Both the position numbers and the translations under genes were made by a program. The notes beneath the pieces are model-generated. The model worked only from the letters and a program-made list of their open reading frames with translations, ran no database searches and was not told the DNA's origin. Below, piece after piece: positions 11,189 to 22,600 of a DNA stretch of 64,000 nucleotides. Position 1 is the stretch's first letter, and every line of letters starts with the position of its first letter. Location of the stretch: contig CM000435.1 in assembly GCA_000165345.1 (NCBI GenBank), forward strand, positions 640,001 through 704,000. The letters run 5' to 3'.

Positions 11189-11839
11189 TAATTTAAATTT
11201 TAAAAACTTCATCTAAAATATGACAATTTTTTAAATAAATGGAATCATTATTAAAACATTTAGCTGACGAAAAAAAACGTTAATTTTTAAACTAATTGCG
11301 ATTTAATATTCGATTTTGAATTTTATTCACGAAACACAATTGTTCATTCTTAATCATATTGAGATAATTCATTTAGTTGTTCTATTTGTCTTCAATGAGG
11401 GTTGTTAATAACATCACTCATTCTCTAATAGGAATTTGACCTGAGTAAAATTATTTATGAAATGATTTGTCTAAAGAGAATAATACTAGTATTTTAGTTG
11501 AGGATAAACTAACAATATCTAAAAATGAATACAATAAAAGTTGAATATCGTATAAAAATCCCAATTTTTACCCATCATATATGAATTTACAAAATCATAA
11601 TATGATCATGCAAATAATTAAGACTATTAAATTAAGCATTATGAAATTAAAATTTAAGTTAAATATTTTGTGATCAAATGTAAAAAAAAAAAACATGAAG
11701 TTGTTAGTAGTCCTTAAATTCAGATTGACGAAATAAATAATATAAACTTGGCGGTTATCAAACCATGTAATGATTTTAATTGTGTAATTACTTAATTAAC
11801 TCTAATTGCCTTCATGTTAAGATAGAGTAAGTTTTCAAA

Positions 11840-14800
11840 ATGGATATTAATCTATTTGAGACGTTATTCGAGCTTTCAAGAAGTAATAGATTTGAAGATT
11901 TGTTATTTCAATGCATAGAGTTATTATTAAACAGGATTAGTACCATTTTTTCTTTCGAAAATAAACATGCCAATAACAAATCAAAAAATAAGAGAAATGC
12001 AGCTTTGTCTGATATTTTTGATAGTTTAATTGAAATTTTTGAATGTAATGCTCATATGGAAATAATTTTTGCAATTAAAAAAGGTTTGATGAAAGTAAAA
12101 AACTTTAGCCAAACAGAAAAGTTGTTTCAAACGAATATCAACAAAGTATTAAATTGTTTTAATGACATATATAAAATTTATGGATTTATTGCAGTTTGCT
12201 GTATTGAACTCAAAGAAAAAAAAACATTGACTCATTTTTTAATTCTATCTCACAATATTCTTCCCTGTTTTTTGATTGGAGATTTGCTCTTTCTAAAAAA
12301 AGGTGTAACAGGAGTTTGGAATACCGAAAAAGTATTGATATCTTCAATAGCAAGGGTTTCAAAAGAAATTTATCAAGACCATAATTCTAAATTTATATCC
12401 GCAAAAATGGAAGTATTATTTTTTTCATGGGTTATTTGTTTAGACAATTGGTTGGAATACTTAAGAACTAGAATATTTATAATTGATAATTTTCAGAGAA
12501 ATTTTTCGGAAGATATATTGGGTTTGGTAAAATATATTAAAGAATTATTTTATTTGATTTCAAAATCAAATCTATCATATTACTATCAAATATTGATTAT
12601 TGTTAATTTTTGTGATAGTTTATCAATTAATGTTTTGAATAATGTTGAATTTTTTGATGTAATAAAAAATCCATCATTAAATATCAATTTTTTATCGGTA
12701 GCAATTGAAAATGATGGCTTATTGAAAGGTATTATTAAATTATTAAATAAATTTATTAAATTTAGAATGTATACCACAATTGTGGATTTACTTGCTATTC
12801 TAAATGGTTTATCTACATTGCTTATTAATATTATTCATCAGAGGATGAAAAAATTAAATGACACAGAAATAAATTTAAATAATGGAATAAATGATGATCT
12901 TTTAATAAACTCAATTAAATATTATAGTTTCGAAATTGAATTTAGAAGAACAAAGCTAGTAATAATGGAGTTACACTATTTGAAAGCGAGCCTTTGTATT
13001 CCAAATCAATTATTAGTTGAAAGACTATATTCTATCGAGGATTCATTAAATAAACTTAGCCAAAATGTAGGTTTTAACGAAAGATATCAAAAAGCAATAA
13101 CAAGTTATTTATTTCTAACGATAGGAGTAATTAATTCCTTTTCTAAAATTGACCTTGACAAAAATTTAATTTTTTTTGTTGGCAATCTACTTGGGACACA
13201 ATGTTTATTGCTAAAAAGTATCTTGAAAGAAAAATTCTTTTGCGATGAAATTTTTTTAAAAAATATGGATAGTTATCGCATCTCATTATTAGAATACACT
13301 GTGAGACAGATCTTTTTTTTAAAAAATAAAAGTAATTTCAAAGTATTGTGTAAAGATTGTATTTTTAAAGTAGTCAAAATTTTGTCTCTATTTTTGAAAA
13401 TTCAAAGCAATCAACCTCAAGACTATAAAATCGAGGAAAACATTGGGATTAACAATAAAATAAATATAAAGTTTAAAACAAGTATTTGTGAGGTAGTATT
13501 AAAATCTATTCAATTTACGAATGCTATATTGGATGAGTTATTTATTATCATGGAGAAAATTATTGAGGAAATTTTGAATACAGTACAAATTGAAGACAAT
13601 AATAATATGGACGAGATTATATTAAATTTCTTGCTTTCAACATCAGAAAATTTAATTCGTCTTTCATCACAGATGAAATCAAATAAAAACTATCAAGATT
13701 CAATTAAATTGTTAAGTTTAGCTTTAAAATGTTTATCAAATACATTTAGCGTGCCATGGATTGCCACAAATGAATCAATGTATGATATTGAAAAGAAAAT
13801 AGAAAAATTAAAGATATTTGAAGAAAGTTCAAGTGATGATTTATCAGAATATTCATGCTCAACTCCAGATCAAAAAGAAGATTACTTTCAAGTAAAAAAT
13901 AATCTGATTGAAAATTCAATTGAAAATACAAAAAATCATAATACTTGCGCAAGGTTTTGGAAAAACGAAAACTTTGAAGTTTACAATGAAAGTTTTAAGC
14001 ATAAAAATGCTGATTTAATTTCATATAGCTCTAATATAGAATTTGGAAATGCTTTTACTCCTTTTACCCGAAGATTAAAAAGTAAAGGTTTATCTCAATT
14101 AAAATCACAAACAATTAAAAGAATTCAAACTTCAGCAATATCTTATATTGCCAGGGGTAAATCTAAATTTAATAAGATAAGTGATAGAGAAGTAATTGCA
14201 CTTACCCAAAGATTAAAAGATAGTGAAGTTGATTTTCCAATACATATTTTGCTATTTTTAATAGCAATTGATCAAATAATTTCCTCCATTCAATTTCAAT
14301 TTGCTCAAGAACCAACTCAATCTTTCTTAAATAATATAATGTTACTGGTTGAAGAGAAATTACGCACTCTCTTTACATTAATTGACGATCGCAGTTATTT
14401 ATTTATTTTTGGTAATAAAATTGTTGAACTTTTTCCATTTATTGAAAAATACAAAAAAATTAACTTTCTAAAGAATGAAATAATAAAAAATAACACAAAT
14501 AACTATGATGAGTTAATTGAGCAATATTTTTTTAATTTACTAAATTCAATTATTTCAAGGTTTGCAAAAACAAAAATGCTTTTAATCAATGAATATTCTG
14601 CAGAAAAAATAACATTGTATAGATACCCTGAAGTTGAAAACGAAAGAAATAATATGATTAAAGTTGTTTGGTTTACTTTGGAATTAAATTATTATTTGTA
14701 CTTGCGTGAAATATCTAAAAAATATAACCAAATATTTAAAAAAGGGATTTCAAATGGATTTTGTGAAGAATTGTTTAATATTTACAAAATTGTTAATACA

Positions 14801-17800
14801 TTTATAGATGAGAGCAGAGAAAAAGCATTAGTTGAATCCAAATTAAATTTCGAGTCGTATTTCAAATTCAAAGTTGAATTTTTAAATTACTATTTGTGGT
14901 TTATAAAAGTTAAATTTATTATTCAAAATGAGAATGTGGAGTCAAAATTAATTTTCGAAAATGAAATAAATAAACTTCTTTACGAATTAACTTCACTAAT
15001 AAAAAAAACAAATATAAGTTCTAAATTATTATTTCTATCTAAAATTAATATCTATGAAATTTACTTATTATTCTTTGAAGATTACAGAATAACTAAAATT
15101 ATGACCAATTTTTCTAAAGACAAGAATAATAGAATTTACATGGTTTTAAAGGAATCGCTTGATTTATTGTACAGTTATTTAGGATTTAATAGAGGTTATA
15201 GTGATCAAAGTTTTCATGAATTACTTTCCATAGAATATTGGAAAAATAAGCAGCTACAAATAAACTATGATTTAATTTTAGACGAAGACTTGGATAGTTT
15301 AAAAAATATCGAAAGCGATAAATCTTTAAATGAATTTGAAGACATTCCTATACCTATTAACAAAAAGTTAAGTAATTCTAAATATAATGAAAAAAATAAA
15401 TTATGTAAGCTTGAAGAAAGCGACCACACGAAATTAATTCAAAATACTAAGACCTTTGTAAAGTTTGAAATATGTGAACCAATAAATAAATATCAAGAGG
15501 TTTATTTAAGCTTTATTCATGAAATTGGTTTAATTGAGCTTGAAATTTTATTTAACAGTGTTTATGAAATAAAAGAGTTAATTTTACTTCAAGATTTAGA
15601 TCTGAAATTGTTAAAAGAGTTATTTAACGCTGTTCTATATCTATTTAATCCATGTTGGACATTTACCTTGTCTTCCAAAACTGATATATTTGACAAAGAG
15701 AAGATATCTAAAAAGATGTATATTTCTTTAAGTGGGTTTGTAAGCAATTTAAAACTATCATTAAGCAGCACTGAACAGAGGGAAATGCTAATTATTAATA
15801 TCGGATTATTTATTTCTAATGTTCTTTATTACTCAGCTCAGATTACTAATAAAGAGACATATTATTTAAACAAATCTACTCCAAGATGGATGGATATTGC
15901 AAAAACCTATACGGATGGCTTGATATTTTTAATTGAAAGTAAATATTTGTTAATAAGCGATTTTCTTGATACAAAGTTATTAACTCCATTTTCTGTTACA
16001 GAAGTTTTATTAAATTTAATTGTACTAAAAATAGAGCATATTGAAACAATAAATGATGCTTTTCAATATTTAGAAATAGTTAAGAAGGTAAAAATTTATG
16101 ATTCTGATAAAGACAATCATAACACTATGGCACTACTAATTAGAATAATGAATAAATTATCTACTCTTTTTATGAATGCAAATCAGCCTGATATGTCGTT
16201 ATTTTATCTACTTGAATCAAATAAAATTTCACAGAATATTACATTATTCTTGGAAACATGTGGTATTAATTCTTTAAATTTGCAGCGCACCGTTTTGTCA
16301 GCTTGCATATCACATAATTTTCAATTTTATTACATTAATTTGGTGTTAAAATCATTGCATAAATTAGGAGAATCTTGGTGGAAGTTAGGGGCGATTGAGA
16401 GGTCGCAAAGCGTATATAGTAAGCTAATAACTTTTTATAAAAAATGGACAATACCTTATAAAAAATTCATAACATTATATTTCTACCAACTTCCTACACT
16501 ATTAAATCATCTATTTTCAAGATCAGACTCTCAATATAATTTAATTTATTCTGCAGACAATATCGACTCATTTAAACAAATCTTGCTTGAAAAAAATGAT
16601 AACTTTGAAAGTTCTTCACATATTATTTTTCTCAAAGAAATATTAGAATACACTAGAATAATTTCAAATTGTACATGCTTAAGTATTTTTGAAGAGGAAG
16701 TCATATTGATGATGCTACTATTCGTACTTTTATATTTTACTTTGAATAATAGCTTATCAATAATAAAAGACTACTTTATTGCTAATTTTTCATTCATTTT
16801 ACAAACTCCTGAATTCTTAACAGAAATAAATCAATCTAAAATCATTTTAACGTTCAGAAAAATTATTCTTAAATTACTTAACTATGAAATAAACTCTTCT
16901 GGCTTAATCTTGGAATTACTTTCAATAAATATAAGCGAATATTCAGAAAACAAGCATTTCATGTTTTTTTTTTGCAATTCAATTAATCATATGTTAGTAT
17001 TTATTTCTTCAAAATATACTGAAATTATTGGTAATTATTTTAGTAAAAAATGGTCAAAAAAAATAAATGATAACATTGTAATTTTGGAAACCAAATTTGA
17101 TATTAAAAAGTTAACATCGAATATAAAAAAAAATAGCATTGAATTTACAATAAAAGAAATATGCAATCTAATTATTTCAATCAAGCAAATGCTTTCAATC
17201 GAATTAACTCCAATAGAATCTCAAGTGAAATTAATTGAAGCCACGAAATTAAATAGTTCAAATATAAAAAATACATTAATATTAAATAATTTGATTGGAA
17301 AATATGAATTAACTCTGTTAATTGATCAGTTGGATGAAAATAGGTCAAGAATTAAGAATAGATTACACCTATTCAAACAAATATTGACATTTGTTAATAT
17401 TATTTTCAATCATATGCTTTTAAACGAAAGAATGAATTATTATTTACTTAACCAAATTTCTATATCAATCATTCTAGATATTGTATTATTAATGAAAGTT
17501 CTATGTTATCCAGATACAAGTTGGAATGCCATTTTTTGTTCTTTTATCAACTCTTTAACCCCTATTTCTCTACTAAATGACTATTCATTTTCAATTATAC
17601 AGTCAATTAGAAAAATTCAAAGAGAATTTGAACATTTTAAATTTATATATAAGAACAATAACTCAGTTTTTGATGGTAATTCTCAATCAAGTTTACTTAA
17701 ATTTTTCCTGGAACATAAAAATAATGAATTTCCCACTTGGCAATGGGGAGAGGAAGTATCTATTAAGGAAATTGGAGATAATATCTCAATGGTTTATTTC

Positions 17801-19168
17801 CGACTTTCAACATTCTTCGCTAGCTCCACGTATAGAAATTCAAATGATTGTAAATATTCACTATTACAGATCACTAGAGATTTTTCCTTGAATAAATACT
17901 TAAATAGAGAAGTTTCTATAAATAATCAATTAATGCTAAGCTCATCAAAGTTAACTTTGCTCTATTTCATTGAAAATAATCAGGCAAATGAACTATTGGA
18001 GGAGTTTGATAATATTCAACGTATGAATACAGAAAGTATAATTAAAATTGATGTTAACACTAATTCTAGTGAACAAACAAGGAAATGGTGGAATAGAAGA
18101 ATATATATTGAATCTAGGTTAAATAGTTGGCTAAATAAGTTCTCAAATCAAATATTAAAGGGATGGACGTCGAAACTATTTTATGGATGGCGTAAAGAGT
18201 TAAATTCTGAGAAAAATATTAAACAAGTAGCGGAATTTATAAAAACCTATTTGATTGATATTGACCAATCATTGATTGGAATTATTATATTTTCCTTAAC
18301 AAATAATATACCTCAAATCCTTAATTTATTAGAATCTGACAATATACTCAATTTTAATCTAAAAGATATTTGTGTCAAATTCAAAAAAATAAAGTTCCAG
18401 TCAATTAAAAATAAAGTTGAAAATTTCCCTACAATCATTTTTTTAGATAAAATATTAATCAGTTTGCCAATAGAAAGTATTTGCGATTTGAAATTTCAAC
18501 CAATCACTAGAGGGATTAACAGAAGAATGTGTAAAAATAATATCGATAATCTATTTAATCAGCTTCAGAAATCTAAAGAAAGCAACCTTCGTTTGCTTGC
18601 CAGCTTCTGTAATATATATTATTGCATAAATCCAACTGGAGATTTAGAAGAAACTGAAAAGACTGTTATTGAATTCATTAAACAAAAATTTGGTTCAAAA
18701 TGTTCAGGAATATCGAATTCAATTCCTCAAGCAACAGAAATTATGAATACTATGAGTTTTAATCGATCTAATCTCTATCTATTTTGCGGTCACCAGGCTG
18801 GAGAAAAGTTTATCCAAGGAGAGTTGTTTGAAAGAGGAATAATCACTGAGAATTTGGAGTCAGAAAATTATCACTTCTATATGCCTCCTTCGTTGTTAAT
18901 TGGTTGTAGCTCTTCCAAAATAAGATCATATGGGTCAAACCATGTATTTTTTACGCCAATTCACTACCTAATTGGTGGAAGCCCTTTAATTCTCGGAGCG
19001 CTTTGGGACGTTACTGACCAAGATATAGACCGCTTTACTATGTCAATTTTTGACAATTGGGTTGGATCAAAACTCTCATTGGTTGAATCAATTACACTCG
19101 CAAAACAAGAATGCAAGCTTCCTTTACTGAATGGGTCATCTTGTGTTTGCTTTGGCTACCCTATTTAA
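11840..19168 (+). CDS. ESP1: separase (separin, peptidase C50), 2442 aa
   Basis: The C-terminal caspase-like domain carries the separase catalytic dyad context: LYLFCGHQAGEKFIQ (His) and SLLIGCSSSKI (Cys). A very long helical N-terminal region precedes it, as in Esp1/Cut1/ESPL1. Single uninterrupted 7.3-kb exon. Confidence 0.8.
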   Translation: MDINLFETLFELSRSNRFEDLLFQCIELLLNRISTIFSFENKHANNKSKNKRNAALSDIFDSLIEIFECNAHMEIIFAIKKGLMKVKNFSQTEKLFQTNINKVLNCFNDIYKIYGFIAVCCIELKEKKTLTHFLILSHNILPCFLIGDLLFLKKGVTGVWNTEKVLISSIARVSKEIYQDHNSKFISAKMEVLFFSWVICLDNWLEYLRTRIFIIDNFQRNFSEDILGLVKYIKELFYLISKSNLSYYYQILIIVNFCDSLSINVLNNVEFFDVIKNPSLNINFLSVAIENDGLLKGIIKLLNKFIKFRMYTTIVDLLAILNGLSTLLINIIHQRMKKLNDTEINLNNGINDDLLINSIKYYSFEIEFRRTKLVIMELHYLKASLCIPNQLLVERLYSIEDSLNKLSQNVGFNERYQKAITSYLFLTIGVINSFSKIDLDKNLIFFVGNLLGTQCLLLKSILKEKFFCDEIFLKNMDSYRISLLEYTVRQIFFLKNKSNFKVLCKDCIFKVVKILSLFLKIQSNQPQDYKIEENIGINNKINIKFKTSICEVVLKSIQFTNAILDELFIIMEKIIEEILNTVQIEDNNNMDEIILNFLLSTSENLIRLSSQMKSNKNYQDSIKLLSLALKCLSNTFSVPWIATNESMYDIEKKIEKLKIFEESSSDDLSEYSCSTPDQKEDYFQVKNNLIENSIENTKNHNTCARFWKNENFEVYNESFKHKNADLISYSSNIEFGNAFTPFTRRLKSKGLSQLKSQTIKRIQTSAISYIARGKSKFNKISDREVIALTQRLKDSEVDFPIHILLFLIAIDQIISSIQFQFAQEPTQSFLNNIMLLVEEKLRTLFTLIDDRSYLFIFGNKIVELFPFIEKYKKINFLKNEIIKNNTNNYDELIEQYFFNLLNSIISRFAKTKMLLINEYSAEKITLYRYPEVENERNNMIKVVWFTLELNYYLYLREISKKYNQIFKKGISNGFCEELFNIYKIVNTFIDESREKALVESKLNFESYFKFKVEFLNYYLWFIKVKFIIQNENVESKLIFENEINKLLYELTSLIKKTNISSKLLFLSKINIYEIYLLFFEDYRITKIMTNFSKDKNNRIYMVLKESLDLLYSYLGFNRGYSDQSFHELLSIEYWKNKQLQINYDLILDEDLDSLKNIESDKSLNEFEDIPIPINKKLSNSKYNEKNKLCKLEESDHTKLIQNTKTFVKFEICEPINKYQEVYLSFIHEIGLIELEILFNSVYEIKELILLQDLDLKLLKELFNAVLYLFNPCWTFTLSSKTDIFDKEKISKKMYISLSGFVSNLKLSLSSTEQREMLIINIGLFISNVLYYSAQITNKETYYLNKSTPRWMDIAKTYTDGLIFLIESKYLLISDFLDTKLLTPFSVTEVLLNLIVLKIEHIETINDAFQYLEIVKKVKIYDSDKDNHNTMALLIRIMNKLSTLFMNANQPDMSLFYLLESNKISQNITLFLETCGINSLNLQRTVLSACISHNFQFYYINLVLKSLHKLGESWWKLGAIERSQSVYSKLITFYKKWTIPYKKFITLYFYQLPTLLNHLFSRSDSQYNLIYSADNIDSFKQILLEKNDNFESSSHIIFLKEILEYTRIISNCTCLSIFEEEVILMMLLFVLLYFTLNNSLSIIKDYFIANFSFILQTPEFLTEINQSKIILTFRKIILKLLNYEINSSGLILELLSINISEYSENKHFMFFFCNSINHMLVFISSKYTEIIGNYFSKKWSKKINDNIVILETKFDIKKLTSNIKKNSIEFTIKEICNLIISIKQMLSIELTPIESQVKLIEATKLNSSNIKNTLILNNLIGKYELTLLIDQLDENRSRIKNRLHLFKQILTFVNIIFNHMLLNERMNYYLLNQISISIILDIVLLMKVLCYPDTSWNAIFCSFINSLTPISLLNDYSFSIIQSIRKIQREFEHFKFIYKNNNSVFDGNSQSSLLKFFLEHKNNEFPTWQWGEEVSIKEIGDNISMVYFRLSTFFASSTYRNSNDCKYSLLQITRDFSLNKYLNREVSINNQLMLSSSKLTLLYFIENNQANELLEEFDNIQRMNTESIIKIDVNTNSSEQTRKWWNRRIYIESRLNSWLNKFSNQILKGWTSKLFYGWRKELNSEKNIKQVAEFIKTYLIDIDQSLIGIIIFSLTNNIPQILNLLESDNILNFNLKDICVKFKKIKFQSIKNKVENFPTIIFLDKILISLPIESICDLKFQPITRGINRRMCKNNIDNLFNQLQKSKESNLRLLASFCNIYYCINPTGDLEETEKTVIEFIKQKFGSKCSGISNSIPQATEIMNTMSFNRSNLYLFCGHQAGEKFIQGELFERGIITENLESENYHFYMPPSLLIGCSSSKIRSYGSNHVFFTPIHYLIGGSPLILGALWDVTDQDIDRFTMSIFDNWVGSKLSLVESITLAKQECKLPLLNGSSCVCFGYPI

Positions 19169-19609
19169 AAGTATAGATTTGTTTAAAACCATGCGGATTA
19201 ATTTTTAGTTCAATGCATTAGTATAAACTTATTTTGAAATCGTTACTTTATTAATTTTTTAATAATTAATCTATTGCCGCAAAATATATCGTCGTATTTG
19301 CCCACAATTTACATGGGCGGTAAAATGCTACACCCCACAGAATGACAGGCACAAAATATAATTAACTGTGTAATCTCTCATGAAAAAACTAAAGACTTAA
19401 TAACATGCACGCCTAAATAAGAAGTGCTCCATGATAGGATTTGCTGCAGTAATTAGGGTCTTTAGTTCATTCTTTATTCGTCATTTAGATTGAGTTTTAA
19501 GTCAAATATTGATCAACGTAGGTTCAGTGGTTGGCCTCCAGATTTTGGTTAATAAGTAAATTATATACAATTGATTTGGTATATTCCATAATACCTATTT
19601 AATATTATA

Positions 19610-22600
19610 ATGAAAGAGCCAAATTGTATTGATAATAATGATACACCGAAACAAGAATACTTGGATGGGAAAATTGAACATGATGATTCAAGGTTGTCAA
19701 AATCAATACAATTTGTTGTAAATGAGATTTCAAGCCTACTTAATTACAGTAATACTTCTAAAACAAGAGAACAAGATACTTCTCATTTCTACAGTGAGAG
19801 TGGGCATCTAAAAGCGATTGCAACTGAAATTCACAAAACAATTCAAGTTTCGTCGGCAATTAAGCTTAGATCTAACAACCCTCTATTGCTTTCTCTTACT
19901 GCTCTATTATCAAATCCTCATCATACAAAGTATTTAAATCTTATGACAGAAAATATCATTGAGGGATTTTCTGAAAATCAATCAAAAAAATTTAATGTAG
20001 ATGAACTTGGAAATAAATCTAATGATTTGATTTCAAAAGAAACAAAAAATGCAGTTGTAAATTTGATTGCGTCTAACTTACAATATTATTTGTTTGAAGG
20101 AAGAGCAACAAACGTAGTTATTAACGATTTGGTTGTTACATTAATGAAGGCATATTCTAGTGAAAAAACTCCAAATAAGGTATTTGATATCGATTGGGGG
20201 ACTAACAACCAAGTGTTTATTGAAGCAAGAGATTGGTGCGTGCTTATCGGCCCCAAGGAGTGTATTTTCCCAAAAACCTGTTATGAGCTAAGAGAATTAT
20301 TAAATAAGAAAGGTATTAAACTTAAATCATATTTTGAAAATGTCAATACTGATAATATTTCATCACATAAGATAAATCTAGTTGCTGGCGGAATTGACTC
20401 ACAAGATACAAACCACTCTTCAATAGACGAATTGGATACTCAATATTTCGAAAGGTTATCTTATTCAAAGCTCAAGGAATACAAATCCAATAATATTCCA
20501 AACTACTCTCACTTCGAACAAATAAAAAAATTCATTTCTGTCCAATTTCCAAACCTGAAAACGTTCTTTTATTCGCCTGGTAGTTGTATTTATATTAATG
20601 GAAATGATGTTTTAACATTTTTAGATATTCTTAAAAAGGCTACAGAAGAAAAAAAAATGGAAGAAAATGAAATTAAGAACAATTCATCGATGAAAAAAGT
20701 TTCCAACTCAATAAATCCATATTGGTTTTTAAAAGATACTAAACGTATAATATCTAACTTTCCTGTAAAAGATACTGTCTTTAAAGCATCAACGTGCGAC
20801 TGTAACTTTATCCATAACCCTATTAAAAGTAAGACCCAAGGCTTCTATGAGTTAAATATTGAAGGACTATTTCTTCCAAATTCAATGTATGTGATATTAA
20901 ATGGATTTAAATTACTTTTCCCCGATATATTTACTTGTAATGTCTCAATAGAAAGCTTCGCAGAACCCCCGTTTTTGCCCAACGAAATAAATAATCCAGT
21001 CTTAATTTGGGAAAAGCTTATTCCATTATTAAATACAACCGTACGTTCAATTAGTCCAACTCTCGTGGAGCTGGCAAATCAACTGAAACCTTACACTAGG
21101 ATACATTTCAAAAATTCCAAAGCAAATACAGAGAATGTCAAGAATAATCAAGAGCAAGCTCAAATACAGACTTTGAATTGCGCAATCCCCTTTTTTTCAC
21201 TGCCAAGAAAACGCCTGAATCCTAGCTCACAAATTCAAAATTATCAAAGGAATTACTCAAATGTTAATTGTAGGAACAACTCTCAGAATTGTGTTATAAT
21301 TGGCAATTCAGCAATAAATAATTCTATATCTCAAATTCAACCCAGGAATGTCCATGCTTCAAACTCATCACTTTCAAATATTTTACTTGATTTATCTACA
21401 TCCAATGGTATTTATGATAGTGTTAATGCGCAAGTTGGATCTATATTTACTCATGGAATAAGCAACTTTCCTCATTTAATAGGGTCATCATCCTCTGTTG
21501 AAAACCAGGCTCTGCTTGCTTTATCGCAAAATAACACGCAGAACCACCCCCCACTACTACCATCATCAGGAATAAGGGCAAGAACTCCAAACTCAGTAAC
21601 TACAAATGTCCAGTGGTTAAATTTTAAAGGTATCGGGATTTCTTCGCAAACAAATTCAAATTATGTTTCCCTTTCCACTCCAATGGGTAAGCAGCTTTTG
21701 CACAGAATTGGAACAATAAATCCTATACAAAGGCTTGAACAAACTCAGAACTTAATTGGTTTTCAAATAAAATCAACTAGTCTCAAAGGGCTCAATTCAA
21801 ATCAAATCAATTCGCCAATTGAGAAGTTTATAACAAAAATATTTGAAGAAACTGCGTTATGTTTTATTGGTTTTGATTCTGAGAGGCTTGATTATTTTAC
21901 TGCTAGAGCCGTTGAAGAAGGTGCTAAAGTTATAAAGTTTACCAATCTTGAAAAGGAATATGCCAAACAATATTCAAAATTTGCTGCTCTTAAAGAAATA
22001 AATATTTCAAATTTTATTTATTCTTGGTTAAATGTTACAAGATTTTATTGCGTGTTTGATCATTCAAAACTTCAGCCAGACAACAAAAAATCTTTAAACT
22101 ATAGTTATGAAAAGGTATATCACTATTTCGAAGTTCAACAATTTGTTTCATTGGAATGGTTTTTGACATCCTGTTTTGAAAAACGATCTCTGGACCCAGA
22201 TATGTTTACCCCAATTTGTCGTCCGACATTTTCTATACAAAATACAAATAAATTATTTCTCACAAATTCTGTTGAAGATGATTTTCTAGTAATAGTTATT
22301 GAAAATTTCCCACACATGAATAAAATTTATAATTCATCGAAAGAAGGCCAGGAATTACTGAGCAACGCAATTTGGGGTAACTGTATACAAAGAATACTCA
22401 AATCAATTTATGGACCGAATATTACTAACATGAAGGAAATTTCAAATGTCATGGAAAGAAATAAATCAAAATGGGAGAAAGGCTTTCCAAGCAATGTAAT
22501 CATTGTCCCGTGCAACTTGTTGCCATACAAATCAAGCCTAAATAACGCATATTCTGAATGTACAAATTCGCCCATTTCTGCTCTCTATGGTCCAGGTAAA

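Noticed and set aside
19519-19550. tRNA-like GGTTCAGTGGTTGGCCTCCAGATTTTGG segment in the separase 3' spacer
   Set aside because: It resembles a D-arm (TCAGTGGTTGG), but I could not fold an acceptor stem, anticodon stem or GTTCGAATC-type T-loop around it. No intact tRNA is supportable.
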